Positions 63,155-64,000 of a DNA stretch of 64,000 nt are shown in pieces. The notes beneath the pieces are model-generated. The model saw only the letters and a list, made by a program, of their open reading frames with translations. It was not told the DNA's origin and ran no database searches. Origin of the DNA: Candidatus Cloacimonadales bacterium (GTDB lineage Bacteria; Cloacimonadota; Cloacimonadia; Cloacimonadales; DAONDQ01); contig OY759316.1 of assembly GCA_963662275.1 (NCBI GenBank), forward strand, positions 3,648,001 through 3,712,000. Direction: 5' to 3'. Position 1 is the first letter of the stretch, and every line of letters begins with the position of its first letter. The position numbers were made by a program, and so were the translations under genes.

Positions 63155-64000
63155 GTGAAAAAAAATGAACTATCCGAGAGCTTGGATTTCATCTCTCTCG
63201 ATATTGAAACGACCGGTTTAGAAAAGGAACATTGTGAAGTTATCGAAATCGGTGCCGTAAAATATGAAAAGGGTGTAGAAACAGGCAGATTATCCACATT
63301 TCTGAAAACAACGAAACCTTTACCGGATTTTATTAAACAATTAACGCATATCACAGACGAGCAGACTGAAAAAGGGATGTTTCCCAAAGACGCTTTCGTT
63401 GAGCTTCAGCGTTTTGTGGGTTCTCAAGTCCTGCTTTGTCATAATGCAGAGTTTGACCTGCCATTCCTGGCTTATCACTTTGAGAAATATGATCTCTTTC
63501 CCATGTCAAACCTGTATTGGGATACACTTGAAATTGCCAGGATCTATCAGTCATTTCTTACCAATCATAAACTGAGTACAGTTGCAGCTTTCTTCCAACT
63601 GGAAAATGAGGAAGCACACCGAGCTATTAATGATGCAGAGATTACGGCAAAGATACTGATCCGGGAACTGCAATTCATAGAAGAATATATACCTGTTCCT
63701 GTTAATTACCAATTATCCCAGATTGCTCATTTAGCTATGATGCCAAGCGCACTGTCTTTCTTTCTCGATAAAGTCGTGGAATTTCAAAGAACAAATGCAC
63801 TTCTGAAGAAAAAGACCTCCCTCTGGAAAATAGATAATCAGCATTTGATCTCTCATACAGTATCTGATGCAAAGCCTTTGGAGATCAATGATATTTTTAA
63901 ACAGGACGGCTTTCTCGGAAAGCAGTTTCCTAATTATGAATTCCGTCCCGGACAGCTTGAAATGGCAGAAGCGGTAAAAGATAGTTTCCAGAAAGATGAA
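63155..64000 (+). CDS. dinG: DEDDh 3'-5' exonuclease fused to DinG-family helicase (partial, runs off window)
   Basis: Manual translation from GTG 63155: SLDIETTGL, EVIEIGAV, HNAEFD, DTL, HRAINDA, then YEFRPGQLEMAEAV. Confidence 0.8.
   Translation, partial: MKKNELSESLDFISLDIETTGLEKEHCEVIEIGAVKYEKGVETGRLSTFLKTTKPLPDFIKQLTHITDEQTEKGMFPKDAFVELQRFVGSQVLLCHNAEFDLPFLAYHFEKYDLFPMSNLYWDTLEIARIYQSFLTNHKLSTVAAFFQLENEEAHRAINDAEITAKILIRELQFIEEYIPVPVNYQLSQIAHLAMMPSALSFFLDKVVEFQRTNALLKKKTSLWKIDNQHLISHTVSDAKPLEINDIFKQDGFLGKQFPNYEFRPGQLEMAEAVKDSFQKDE

Overview
Low-GC bacterial chromosome segment, probably Candidatus Cloacimonadota or another FCB-group lineage. This is inferred from 11 secreted proteins ending in FlgD-Ig/T9SS-type-A-like 'PNP..IYNIRGQ..SGVY' domains. 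From left to right: a secreted repeat protein; a complete class-IIC-like group II intron (1649-3760, minus strand) inserted just behind the rplQ terminator hairpin; the S10-spc-alpha ribosomal cluster (rpsJ to rplQ, with map and infA but no adk), preceded by a 64-codon leader ORF with a strong SD; a tRNA-Ile2(CAT); several families of palindromic, REP-like and MITE-like repeats; large secreted proteins (SGNH-like, Fn3 plus ComEC-type MBL, gingipain-like C25 peptidase, cleaved-adhesin); an NtrC-type regulator with a nearby sigma54 promoter; a Nif3 gene; a Mutator/IS256-like IS with 8-bp target duplication; and an HTH regulator fused to an apparently dead M29 aminopeptidase. The most striking feature is a ~12-kb tandem array of six integrin-alpha-like FG-GAP beta-propeller genes. 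Five are each preceded by a nearly invariant ~335-bp non-coding leader, while the coding sequences are mosaic with hypervariable loops. The window ends with a giant secreted protein, an NTPase-TPR-GAF-sigma54 activator and a partial exonuclease-DinG gene. All calls come from motif recognition by eye; no database searches were run.
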